64,000 bases of DNA from a virus (lineage: Duplodnaviria; Caudoviricetes): IMG/VR virus record IMGVR_UViG_3300021375_000006; one strand, given 5' to 3'. Under the pieces are notes generated by a model. That model had not been told where the DNA came from, searched no databases, and worked only from the letters and a program-made list of their open reading frames with translations. A program made the translations under genes and the position numbers. Of the stretch, positions 1 through 9,445 are shown piece by piece; position 1 is the first letter of the stretch; each line of letters begins with the position of its first letter.

Positions 1-2
1 TC

Positions 3-785
3 TTTAGTAATGAGGGTGGTTTCATGCCCGGTTCTAACATCATGGCGGCTGGAGCCCCAGGTGTTGGTAAGACTACGGTCCTACTAGAGCTACTACACAA
101 GGTACATGCCACGAACCCGAACAAGCGGGTACTCTTTATTTCTGCGGAAATGAACCAACTAGACATGGCCCGATACCTAAAGCGATTCCCACACTGGGGT
201 CAATTGCCTATTCTCTTCTTGAGTGACTATACAGATCAGAACCCACAGGCTATTATCGAGTCCACCTTAAAGCAGGGTTGGGACCTCGTTCTAACGGATT
301 CTTATACCGAGGTCAATGACACGGTTAAGGAGGAGTGTAACCTAACCCGTAGCAAGACCGAGAAATGGTTCTTGGACCTGATGATTGCCCAAAACCAGGG
401 TAAGAATCGCCGTAAAGTCTACACGACCTTCATCACTATCCTCCAACTCAGTAAGGGTGGTACCTTCGTCGGTTCTAACAAACTGAAGCACATGACGACA
501 GCCATGATGGAACTGAATTGGAAAGGTGGCGAAAACTCTACCCAACGCTATATGGAGTTCAGTAAGAACAGGTTGGGTCAGGTCGGTCAGAAGATGTACT
601 TTAACTTCGACGGTGGGGTTACCTTCGACCAGGCCCGTTACCAACGAGATCTACTGAATGAGGCTATGTTGGCTGAGGAGCGCCAGAAATTGGAGGAAGA
701 GGATGGGGCGTTCGACCGCCTGTTTGGTACCCTAGAGGTAGAACCCGAAGTAGTACAAGAAACAGCTGAGGTGGCAGCCGAATAA
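3..785 (+). CDS. RadA/Sms-like (RecA-superfamily) P-loop ATPase, 5'-truncated by the window edge
   Basis: Walker A GAPGVGKTT, VLFISAEM, Walker B LTDS, SNKLKH...KNRLG. The frame is open upstream of the ATG at 24 (FSNEGGFMPGS, cf. RadA GGIVPGS). Confidence 0.7.
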   Translation, partial: FSNEGGFMPGSNIMAAGAPGVGKTTVLLELLHKVHATNPNKRVLFISAEMNQLDMARYLKRFPHWGQLPILFLSDYTDQNPQAIIESTLKQGWDLVLTDSYTEVNDTVKEECNLTRSKTEKWFLDLMIAQNQGKNRRKVYTTFITILQLSKGGTFVGSNKLKHMTTAMMELNWKGGENSTQRYMEFSKNRLGQVGQKMYFNFDGGVTFDQARYQRDLLNEAMLAEERQKLEEEDGAFDRLFGTLEVEPEVVQETAEVAAE

Positions 786-807
786 CCACTGTTTTTAATT
801 ACACCCA

Positions 808-838
808 GAGGGGCCACTGTGGCAGCAGAGGGCCCCTC
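808..838. other. GC-rich inverted repeat (GAGGGGCC / GGCCCCTC) just downstream of the + strand gene
   Basis: Perfect 8-bp stem, 808-815 with 831-838. No U-tract directly after it. Confidence 0.55.
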
Positions 839-1401
839 GCCATGTGAGTATATGGCCCAGTGCGCGAAGGGGGCCCGTGGGGTTCCCTGGCGCGTGTGTT
901 CGCGCGCTTTTGTTTGACTGGCCGCTACATAACATGAAATCTTACTGAACGTGGGCCCGTCTTGGCTTAAATGTACTATTTATTAGGAAATGTTGGTATA
1001 TATCTACCTTACTGGCCGGTGGCCTTAAGAGCTGGACTGGCTAAACTGGCTTAGAATGGAGATGGTTAGACTATATATTACCTAACTGGCTACAGATTTG
1101 TTCTATCCCCTGTACAGTAATAGACAATACCTATTATACAAAGGCTTATTAGTATCTCTGGTATGTAGTTGTATGGCTCCATTGTGTGGACTGTGTATGT
1201 GGTTTACTTATCTAACCAGTGTAAGAACCTATTCATTACTATATAGAATACTACAAGTACTGAGATAAGTTTGATTGCCATTAACATTATTATTGTGTAT
1301 GTATGGTTTGTGTTCCCCTTTATTACTCTGTAGACTTTGTTTGTCTTGCTTATGGTGTATGTGTAGTTAGAGTTTTGTGGTGCTGTGGCCGCGCGCGTGG
1401 T

Positions 1402-3276
1402 TTAGTCCACGCGTTGAGCTCCGACTTTTAGATTAGTACCACCCACTAGATAATTATCCTTCTCTATAGGCCAGTTAGCATAGGTGTTCCATGTGATAGT
1501 GGACTGCTTAATGACACCATTATTATCAATAAACTCTAGTAGCCACGGGCCTAGGCCAACCTGCTCATGTATCATTATCCCTGGAGTACGCTGGTCATTC
1601 TGTACACCAAACTCGTATTGATTCCCATTAGGTGCTGTGGCTCTAAGTAAAATCATCCCAACGGCAAGACCAATGCCTGCTGCTGGTGAGCCTGCTTCTA
1701 CCGCAGTAATCTCTGCACCTAGTTGTATTGGTCTAGTGTAAATAGTCTGCCCATTTGTATCTACTACCGGGAAACGACTAGCGATCTCCTGTGGTATAGT
1801 TCTCTTCCAATCCATTCCTAAAAAGGCTTTGGCCTGCATTGGCCCTAATTGCCCTGCATCTGCATTGGCTTTTAATTTTGGGATAGATCTGCTTATAGTC
1901 CATAGATTGGCACCTCCACCAAAGGTCTCATACTCTGTATAACCAAAGGTGTAAATACCTACTATATCTCCGTCGGCATTTAAGATTGCAGAGCCTGAAT
2001 TACCACCAATACCTGGAGCATTTAAAAAGAGTGAATCTACTGCCTGCTCTCCTGTTCTAATATTAAAGTGAGCGTCTCTGATTATCCCTGTAGTTAGAGA
2101 ATCTGTATCATATCCAGCCGGGAAACCACACATCCAAACTGTTTGCCCAGTTACTGGTTCTACCTGACTTAATTTTAGTACACGATCCTGTTGAAGTTGT
2201 ATATTAGTTCTAAATAACATTACATCTGCGACCGGGTCATAACTAACTAGTTGTGCCATCTGTCTTAGATCATACCATTCACCTGCATAGCCTACCCAGA
2301 CCTGATCAAAAATAACATGTTGTCCTGCTGTAACTTCAAACCAGTTATGAGCACATGTTAAGAAATACCCAGCACTTAGATCTGTAGGTACACCAAATTC
2401 GTTCTGTTCTAGACTAACCCATTGACCTGAGCCTACATATAATCCTTCACCTGAACCCTTTGTTATCCATACCGGAGATGCTGCATACTGAATTTTATCA
2501 TTATACAGATCTATCATTCTTCTATTCTCTGCTGCTGCAGTAGCTTTACCTAATGCAGCCTCTGTAGTAATATCGAATTCATTGTTTACTCTAATTTGTG
2601 GTAGTTGAATTTTACCGTCCGACATTGTGATTACCTCATCACCAAAGTATAATGAATTGTCTGATAGGTATAAGTGTCTAATTTTGTATTCCGCGTTTCC
2701 TAGATCGTACTGTGCGTTTGTATCTGGTATAATAGATGAGGTCATTGTACCACCCATATCACCTGAAGTACCAGAAGTACCAGATGAACCTGAAGTACCT
2801 GATGAACCAGAAGTTCCAGCAGGACCTGTAGGCCCAGTGGGACCGGTCGAACCAGCTGAACCAGATGAACCTGAAGAACCAGATGAACCTGAAGAACCTG
2901 GAGTACCACTACCACCTGAAGTACCAGAAGTACCTACTGAACCGCCAGTTTCAGTCTCATATTGAATTTGAATTTCGTCTTGACTATCTAATACATAATC
3001 TGCTACATTTGCATCCCAAACTAACTCTGTACCAGCCTCTAATGAACTGGCTGTAACTGCAGAACCATCTTTCTTCCATGAAAAACCAGCCTGTACTCTA
3101 TGCCCATTAACAAATACTTGGATTGCATCTGTTTCTCTAGCTGAATTAGTAATAGTAATACCAGTATCACCATTAATTTGTGTAGTTGTGAAGGTTTCAA
3201 CTATAGTATTGATACCTGTCAAGGCATTAATAGTACTTTGTAAGTTACTTACCTGTTTTACTTTAATTTGAGACAT
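1402..3276 (-). CDS. Fibre-like virion protein with GSSG repeats fused to a trypsin-like (S1C/HtrA-type) protease and a PDZ-like domain
   Basis: GTSGSSG repeats and an IIPDTNAQYDLG fibre motif. Catalytic triad contexts LTCAH, DPVADV, GGNSGS, then GAEITAVEAGSPAA (PDZ-like). Confidence 0.75.
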   Translation of the reverse strand: MSQIKVKQVSNLQSTINALTGINTIVETFTTTQINGDTGITITNSARETDAIQVFVNGHRVQAGFSWKKDGSAVTASSLEAGTELVWDANVADYVLDSQDEIQIQYETETGGSVGTSGTSGGSGTPGSSGSSGSSGSSGSAGSTGPTGPTGPAGTSGSSGTSGSSGTSGTSGDMGGTMTSSIIPDTNAQYDLGNAEYKIRHLYLSDNSLYFGDEVITMSDGKIQLPQIRVNNEFDITTEAALGKATAAAENRRMIDLYNDKIQYAASPVWITKGSGEGLYVGSGQWVSLEQNEFGVPTDLSAGYFLTCAHNWFEVTAGQHVIFDQVWVGYAGEWYDLRQMAQLVSYDPVADVMLFRTNIQLQQDRVLKLSQVEPVTGQTVWMCGFPAGYDTDSLTTGIIRDAHFNIRTGEQAVDSLFLNAPGIGGNSGSAILNADGDIVGIYTFGYTEYETFGGGANLWTISRSIPKLKANADAGQLGPMQAKAFLGMDWKRTIPQEIASRFPVVDTNGQTIYTRPIQLGAEITAVEAGSPAAGIGLAVGMILLRATAPNGNQYEFGVQNDQRTPGIMIHEQVGLGPWLLEFIDNNGVIKQSTITWNTYANWPIEKDNYLVGGTNLKVGAQRVD

Positions 3277-3324
3277 TGTGTGCTAGACATATTTTTGGTT
3301 AATATATCTATCTGACACTTAGAT

Positions 3325-4290
3325 TTAAAAATCTTCAGTCTCTTTGTATGATTCTAGTATTAATTTAAAGTATTGATGTGATGCCCACTTTTCATCTGGC
3401 ATTGGAGATTTAGTAGGATCTGTATTAATATAGAGTCCTTTATAGAATGGACCTCCTGTTTCTTGTTTTGTTACACCCGCATTATGAAAAATAGCATGGC
3501 TTTCCCATTTCTGTACAGGTTGAGTGCCCCATCCGAACTCAAAGTCATCATGACATTGAGTTTCATATCCCATTTTCCAAAGATTCCATAACACTCCCCA
3601 CATATCAGCGCACCAAATTTGAATTTCATGCCATTCTTTATGCTGTTGTTTAATCTCTCTTACTCTTTCGCTAATAATTTTAAATAAATTTTCGCTATCA
3701 TTGTATACTTTTTGCCAAAACTCTGCAGTAATACCAGGTTTTAGTAAATATTGTGCTCCACCTGCTCCTTCTTCACGATTTTCAACCATTTCTTGGTCAA
3801 TTCCTACAATTTCACACATTTCTTCAAAAATACCATGCTTTTTACTTTTAATATATTTAGCACCTACATAAGATATTGTGTCAGAAACAATACAAGTATT
3901 TTTTAAATCTACTGTTAATTTGTCTTCTAATTTAAGAGGTTTTGTTAATGCAATATCACAATCATGGTACATTACATTATGAGCAGTTAACCAAGGGTAT
4001 TTTTGCCAGTGTTTTTGAAGAATATGAGGTCTAATAGATGAGATGTACGAATGAGCGCCTCTTGTATCTTCATAATAAGAAAATAGTACTCCCTTTTTAG
4101 ACCACTTTCTTCCTACTTTTTCAAATCTACTATGAGGACCATCCGGAGCATGCGAACTTACAACATGGACTTTAGACATGTCTATATTTCCGTTTTTTTC
4201 AAAAGAAGCTAGCATTGCATCTACTTGCCAAGAGTAATAAAATGACGCCGGCTGCGCGCAGATCCAGTAAAGATTTTTGTTTTCTGACAT
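3325..4290 (-). CDS. Glycosyltransferase resembling GT95/GT96 (HPAT / peptidyl-serine galactosyltransferase) protein O-glycosyltransferases
   Basis: FYYSWQ, SSIRP, HDCD (DxD) and WCADMW line up with plant YFDWQ, INKP, LDAD and WISEMY motifs (recalled, not searched). Confidence 0.55.
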   Translation of the reverse strand: MSENKNLYWICAQPASFYYSWQVDAMLASFEKNGNIDMSKVHVVSSHAPDGPHSRFEKVGRKWSKKGVLFSYYEDTRGAHSYISSIRPHILQKHWQKYPWLTAHNVMYHDCDIALTKPLKLEDKLTVDLKNTCIVSDTISYVGAKYIKSKKHGIFEEMCEIVGIDQEMVENREEGAGGAQYLLKPGITAEFWQKVYNDSENLFKIISERVREIKQQHKEWHEIQIWCADMWGVLWNLWKMGYETQCHDDFEFGWGTQPVQKWESHAIFHNAGVTKQETGGPFYKGLYINTDPTKSPMPDEKWASHQYFKLILESYKETEDF

Positions 4291-4395
4291 TTTTTAAATT
4301 TTATTTCTAAGGCTTCGAGCTAGTAAGTCATAAATACCTATGTATTTATATAGTTAACTAGTCTATAGCCATCCAGTGGCCTCTGGTGGTGTGAT

Positions 4396-5049
4396 TTACC
4401 ACTCGACGGCACCATCTATTCTTTCATTTTCATCTACCCAAGAAAAAAGTCTGGACTCAAGTACGTCGTGAAGTACGACTGTTTTTTCATCAATTTCCCA
4501 ATTGTAAAAATACTGATAACCGAAGCAAGCAACGTCCGGTTCAATCTTCTGAATTATCTTATCAGAGAAAGATTTACAACCATGTGCCCATGTTATTCTA
4601 TCATAAACTTTTAAAACTTCGTGTATGATTCTAGCATCAGGAGCTGCACCGTATACAGTACAATCTAATAATGTATTATTCTTTTGGGATGGTTTCATAC
4701 CTGAGAAAAAGGTATGTTGTGGCGATAATTGATCTCTTACTATATTAAAAGATTTAACTGGCCTTGCATCTACGTCACAGTAAATACCACCGTAGTCTCT
4801 TAATAATAACAATCTAATTCTATCTGTAATAAAAGCCCACTTATATAGTCCTGGCTCTTTAATATAATTTTGTAAAAAAGGATCGTCCGGATATAATTCT
4901 GTGAAGACTTCATTACCCCAAAGCTTATGCTCATAATCTGGGTTCATGTCTCTCATCTCTTGAACAAATTTCTTACAGTGCTCTGGCAATTCCTTTTCGC
5001 CAACCCAAATTTGATGAATAATCTTTGGGATTTGAATATTGTCTTCCAT
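4396..5049 (-). CDS. GT32-like glycosyltransferase (DxD sugar-binding region)
   Basis: IPKIIHQIW, DYEHKLW, DRIRLLLLRDYGGIYCDVD signature. Confidence 0.8.
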   Translation of the reverse strand: MEDNIQIPKIIHQIWVGEKELPEHCKKFVQEMRDMNPDYEHKLWGNEVFTELYPDDPFLQNYIKEPGLYKWAFITDRIRLLLLRDYGGIYCDVDARPVKSFNIVRDQLSPQHTFFSGMKPSQKNNTLLDCTVYGAAPDARIIHEVLKVYDRITWAHGCKSFSDKIIQKIEPDVACFGYQYFYNWEIDEKTVVLHDVLESRLFSWVDENERIDGAVEW

Positions 5050-5110
5050 ATAATATAACTAGTTAAATAAAATTATCTACTAGTTATATAACCCACTCAT
5101 AAAAAGTTTA

Positions 5111-8100
5111 TTAAAAACATGCCTCACCCTGGCTAATGCTAGCATCCCAGCTGCTACCACCTGAATACCAATAAGGTTGATCTCCTGGGAAGCTTGAATC
5201 CGCTGCTGCTCTAGTAACACTATGACAGAAAGTGTCAGTACCATTTCCAGCATTTCCTCCACAACTCTGACCTCCACCAATTGGTGAAGTTGTAGTGGAT
5301 GCTGCATTACCACACGGCCAATATCTTACTATATTACAAGTACCGGACCTATTATCCAGTGTACTTGCAGTATAAGTATAACACTCTTCATCTACAGTTA
5401 CACTACCACCAATAGTCAAGGTAGCAGATGTGTCAGAAGTAGGAATCTCCCAGTTAAATGAAAATGGAGTATACAAACCTGAACCGGCAGTAGAACCTAT
5501 AGATACATTTGTAATATATGCACTACTCTCTGTTATTGTACTAATAACAGGATCAGTATATAGAGGTTGAGATGCCATTAAGTATCTAGTAAATGCACCT
5601 GTTGTTCCTGGATTACCAGAAACGTCTTCAGTAGTTCTCTCAGCAGCTAACTCATTTGTGCTGCTAGTAATTCTTGCTCCTGTAATAGACTCAGAGTAAT
5701 TAATTGTTAATGTTTGCTCAGAGTATTTTGAAACACCACTTGTAGTAACCGTTGCTGAATAACCAGATGTTGCATTTGAAGGCATTGAAACCGAAATCTC
5801 CACAGTACGAGTATTCAAATCAGCAGACGTTACAGAAACATTACCATTATTAGAGCTAGCCCCAAAGGTTACAAGATCTATACCAGCATCCATTATTATC
5901 GTTTGCTCTAATGTTGTAGAATTTCCTGGTGTAAGATTTACTGTTTGAGTTAGTGTATCGGAACCTGGAGTACCAGACCAAAAAGAACCATTAACTCCAT
6001 TAGACCATGTAATTGTAGCAGGGTATGTAATTAAATTAGAGCTACCCTGTGCCGTAACTGTTGCACTACCTCCACCAGATGGCATAATTACATTACCACT
6101 AATAGACTTACTACCAGGTTGGATAGTGGCAGTAACTGCACTTGTATTCGCACCTGTTTTTGATATATCAGTTATAGAAAAATCATATCCAGTACTAGCA
6201 CTATATGTAGTAGCCCAATCAATATCTGCACCAACAACACCTGTTAATGTATGTGTTGTAATATTTGGAGATACATTACTAATACTGTCATTTGTCGTAA
6301 GTGTAAATGTATGTGATGTTGCCGTTAATGTAGTATTTGCAGTAATTGTACCTGTGCTTGAATTACTAGATCTGGGATCTAAACTAGGCATAGTAAAGTC
6401 TATATCCATACCTTCTCCACCATAATTAGTTTCTGCAATTGTAAAATGACTTGGTTTTGAAATACTGTCAATTTCTGCTGTATAATCTGTAGAATTATTA
6501 GGCTGTACTGCAACCTCTATTCTATTTACAACGGTTCCGGCAACACCACTATAGGTAATTGTTACAGTACCATTAGAATTATTACTACCAGATACTGCGG
6601 TTGCGTTAGATGAAAGAGCTTCACTATAATTATTTACTTTTGATGAGGAGTTATTTGTTTGTACCGTCGCAGTATATGTGTAAATACGCTGTCTAATATC
6701 AGGTGTTACTGTAACTGTTAAGGCACCTCCACCGGAAGGTATACTTGCTGTACCTGATAAGTTAGAAGTATATGTGTTTGGTTCAGTAGCACTTCCGTTT
6801 AAAATACCGGATACGCCTACTGGATCTTCACTTCGCCATAGATAATTTAATGGAGTACTTATTTGTGCACTAGCGCTGACCGGATCTCCAGCTTCACCAG
6901 TAAATGTTTGAGTATATGTAGATGTACTACCATTGCTAAATGTACATGCTGGTGTTGTATTACTAGATGCCATAGACCATGTAACAGTATAAGTATATTC
7001 GTTTGTTGTTTGAGATCCTGTTACTGTCACTATTGCGCTACCACCACCCTGTGGCATTGATGCTAGAACAATATTAAGATCTGTAACTGAATGGTCTGTT
7101 ACGTGATTTCTATTTGAAACTAAATTTCCACTATCATCATTACTTACACCATTCTGTGTTCCACTTGTACCGACATAATATGTAGTATCTGCATCTTGGA
7201 ATGATAGCGGATGTGTTGTAGCGTGGAAACTACCAGTTGTACCAGTATAAGTAATATCTGGCCATGATGCTGTATCTGTATAAGGGTCAACAAACGTTAT
7301 TGTATATGTGTGGACTAATAGACCATCAGATTTACCTGAAACTGCTAGATTACAATCACCACCTCCTGCTGGCATTGTTACAGTACCAGTTACTCTTTTA
7401 TTAGTATTATCTATAGTATATGAAACTGCAGCCGTATCGTTTCCGGATTTGGTTACACCCGTTATATTAAAATCATCATAGTCAAAATCTGCACTAAGCT
7501 GTATTGTAAAATTAAAAGTATCACCAGTATATCCCGTGAATGTTTGTTGATATGGAGCTCCGTCAATTGAAACACCAGTAATAGATTCTGACGCTGTTAA
7601 ATTAAAAGAATATTCTGGTTGATTAACTTGTGCATTTACAAAAATTTCAACTTTACCACCACCAGATGGCATAGCAAAAGTACCTGTTAAGTCTTTATTT
7701 GCATCACTTAAAGTATATTTGTTCTGAAGTGCTAAATATGCGTTAGCACTATCTCCTTGGTGTGTTGCCGTTTTAAGAGTAAAATCATAATCAAGTGGGT
7801 TTGGAGTAAAACTAGAATCAAAGTCAAATTCTGTTCCCGTAGTCCCTGTAAACGTATATTTGTATGCTGATCTTGTATATGTACTAGACACGTTTACCCA
7901 ACCCGAATTTGGTACTTGTGTAACTACACTTGTAAAACCACCAGGTGAGAATGTACTACCATCATCCGCTGTAGTATCTCCAGTTCCGGTTCCTGGTTGA
8001 TCAGTCTCATCACCAACTATAATTAAATCAAAATTCCAATCATTTTCAGATGTAGTACCACTTATTTGTATATTATATTCTCCAGAAGCTTGAATATTAC

Positions 8101-9424
8101 CACTTACCTGAAATTCATCTACTCCTAATAGTCCATTTTGACCAGGTGTACCCTCACCACCATCTGTATATACAGCTATAGAATTTACATTAGCAGCTGA
8201 CCCTGAAACAACAGTAGTAGACGAGTTTGTAATATTATCAATTTCATAATCACCATTTACCGGTGAAATAGAACCTATATATGAAAATGTAGTACCTACA
8301 GTACCTGTAATTTCAATAGTATTAGAATCAACATAATATGCGTTACTAGAAGATACTGCGTCTAATGTTGCATTAGCAACATTTTCTGATAGATTTATCC
8401 TAACTGTATATTCACATGCATCTGAATCAGTCCATGCAGTACCATTCCAATAATAAGCTGTAGTTTGTCCATTTTCTAGATACCATCCAGCTGGTATAGT
8501 TTCACATGTATACACAAATGTTTCAGTACATAATTCAGAAATTGATGTCTCTAAGCCTGTAGTCCAAGTACCGTTAAAATTTAAACTATAATGAGTAGCA
8601 CCTGTTGGTTGTGTGTTGTTTGCTATATAACTATATCTACTATCTGAAGCCTGTGATGAGTTTATCATCACCTGAGCACCTGCATTATTTAGAGCAGGAG
8701 TTAAAGTGTTCTGAAACCATGTTGTAGTATTTTCAGGGTCATCATCAGTTACTAGAATAATTAATTTTTGTACACCTGATCTGAAAGAGCCTGCAAAATC
8801 ATTAGCAACAACTTCGTATGTAGCTTCACCACCACATTCAGTACCTGAGCCTAGTTGCATACCAGTATTACTGTTGGGTTGATCGATTGCGTTTAAGGCA
8901 TTACCAAATGAAGTACTATTACCAACTGTGTTCATTTTTTCTACACAGGTGATAAAGATGTTACCACTACTTGGTCCGTTTGAGTTAGCTACATTAATTT
9001 TTTGACTAGAAGGTAAAGCCTGATAATAACCACTACCGGCGTATGCGGGTGAGGTATTGTTTCTTCCATCGAAAAGAACAAGACCTAATCTGTAGTTTCC
9101 ACTTGAAGCAGTATCAATTGTACTAACTAGGCTATTCAGACCTGTTTTCACACCACTAATGGCACCACTCATCGAATTAGTGTAGTCTACAACAAAGACT
9201 ACATCCATACCATCAGCACATACTCCTCCTTCACCGGCGTTTCCACTTCCTGCGTTTTCTATTATACCACCTAATGTTGTACCATCATCAGAAAAGATAG
9301 CAGCAGGGGCACCTCCTCCGGCACATAATAGACTAGGGTCATTAACGTGATAAGTTACGTTGACCTGATTTTCCGGTTCCGGACAGTCTATTTCATGTAT
9401 AAATCTCTTTACCGATAAAGCCAT
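5111..9424 (-). CDS. Large vWA-domain adhesin/virion protein with a long beta-rich repeat stalk
   Basis: MIDAS-like VVFVVDYTNSMS and FRSGVQKLIILVTDD. More than 1000 aa of T/S/G/N-rich beta-repeats with recurring TGTxG and MPSGGG motifs. Confidence 0.7.
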   Translation of the reverse strand: MALSVKRFIHEIDCPEPENQVNVTYHVNDPSLLCAGGGAPAAIFSDDGTTLGGIIENAGSGNAGEGGVCADGMDVVFVVDYTNSMSGAISGVKTGLNSLVSTIDTASSGNYRLGLVLFDGRNNTSPAYAGSGYYQALPSSQKINVANSNGPSSGNIFITCVEKMNTVGNSTSFGNALNAIDQPNSNTGMQLGSGTECGGEATYEVVANDFAGSFRSGVQKLIILVTDDDPENTTTWFQNTLTPALNNAGAQVMINSSQASDSRYSYIANNTQPTGATHYSLNFNGTWTTGLETSISELCTETFVYTCETIPAGWYLENGQTTAYYWNGTAWTDSDACEYTVRINLSENVANATLDAVSSSNAYYVDSNTIEITGTVGTTFSYIGSISPVNGDYEIDNITNSSTTVVSGSAANVNSIAVYTDGGEGTPGQNGLLGVDEFQVSGNIQASGEYNIQISGTTSENDWNFDLIIVGDETDQPGTGTGDTTADDGSTFSPGGFTSVVTQVPNSGWVNVSSTYTRSAYKYTFTGTTGTEFDFDSSFTPNPLDYDFTLKTATHQGDSANAYLALQNKYTLSDANKDLTGTFAMPSGGGKVEIFVNAQVNQPEYSFNLTASESITGVSIDGAPYQQTFTGYTGDTFNFTIQLSADFDYDDFNITGVTKSGNDTAAVSYTIDNTNKRVTGTVTMPAGGGDCNLAVSGKSDGLLVHTYTITFVDPYTDTASWPDITYTGTTGSFHATTHPLSFQDADTTYYVGTSGTQNGVSNDDSGNLVSNRNHVTDHSVTDLNIVLASMPQGGGSAIVTVTGSQTTNEYTYTVTWSMASSNTTPACTFSNGSTSTYTQTFTGEAGDPVSASAQISTPLNYLWRSEDPVGVSGILNGSATEPNTYTSNLSGTASIPSGGGALTVTVTPDIRQRIYTYTATVQTNNSSSKVNNYSEALSSNATAVSGSNNSNGTVTITYSGVAGTVVNRIEVAVQPNNSTDYTAEIDSISKPSHFTIAETNYGGEGMDIDFTMPSLDPRSSNSSTGTITANTTLTATSHTFTLTTNDSISNVSPNITTHTLTGVVGADIDWATTYSASTGYDFSITDISKTGANTSAVTATIQPGSKSISGNVIMPSGGGSATVTAQGSSNLITYPATITWSNGVNGSFWSGTPGSDTLTQTVNLTPGNSTTLEQTIIMDAGIDLVTFGASSNNGNVSVTSADLNTRTVEISVSMPSNATSGYSATVTTSGVSKYSEQTLTINYSESITGARITSSTNELAAERTTEDVSGNPGTTGAFTRYLMASQPLYTDPVISTITESSAYITNVSIGSTAGSGLYTPFSFNWEIPTSDTSATLTIGGSVTVDEECYTYTASTLDNRSGTCNIVRYWPCGNAASTTTSPIGGGQSCGGNAGNGTDTFCHSVTRAAADSSFPGDQPYWYSGGSSWDASISQGEACF

Positions 9425-9445
9425 ATTAGATTAGTTCACTTATAT

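Noticed and set aside
342-644. Minus-strand 100-aa ORF
   Set aside because: Antisense shadow of the RadA-like gene.
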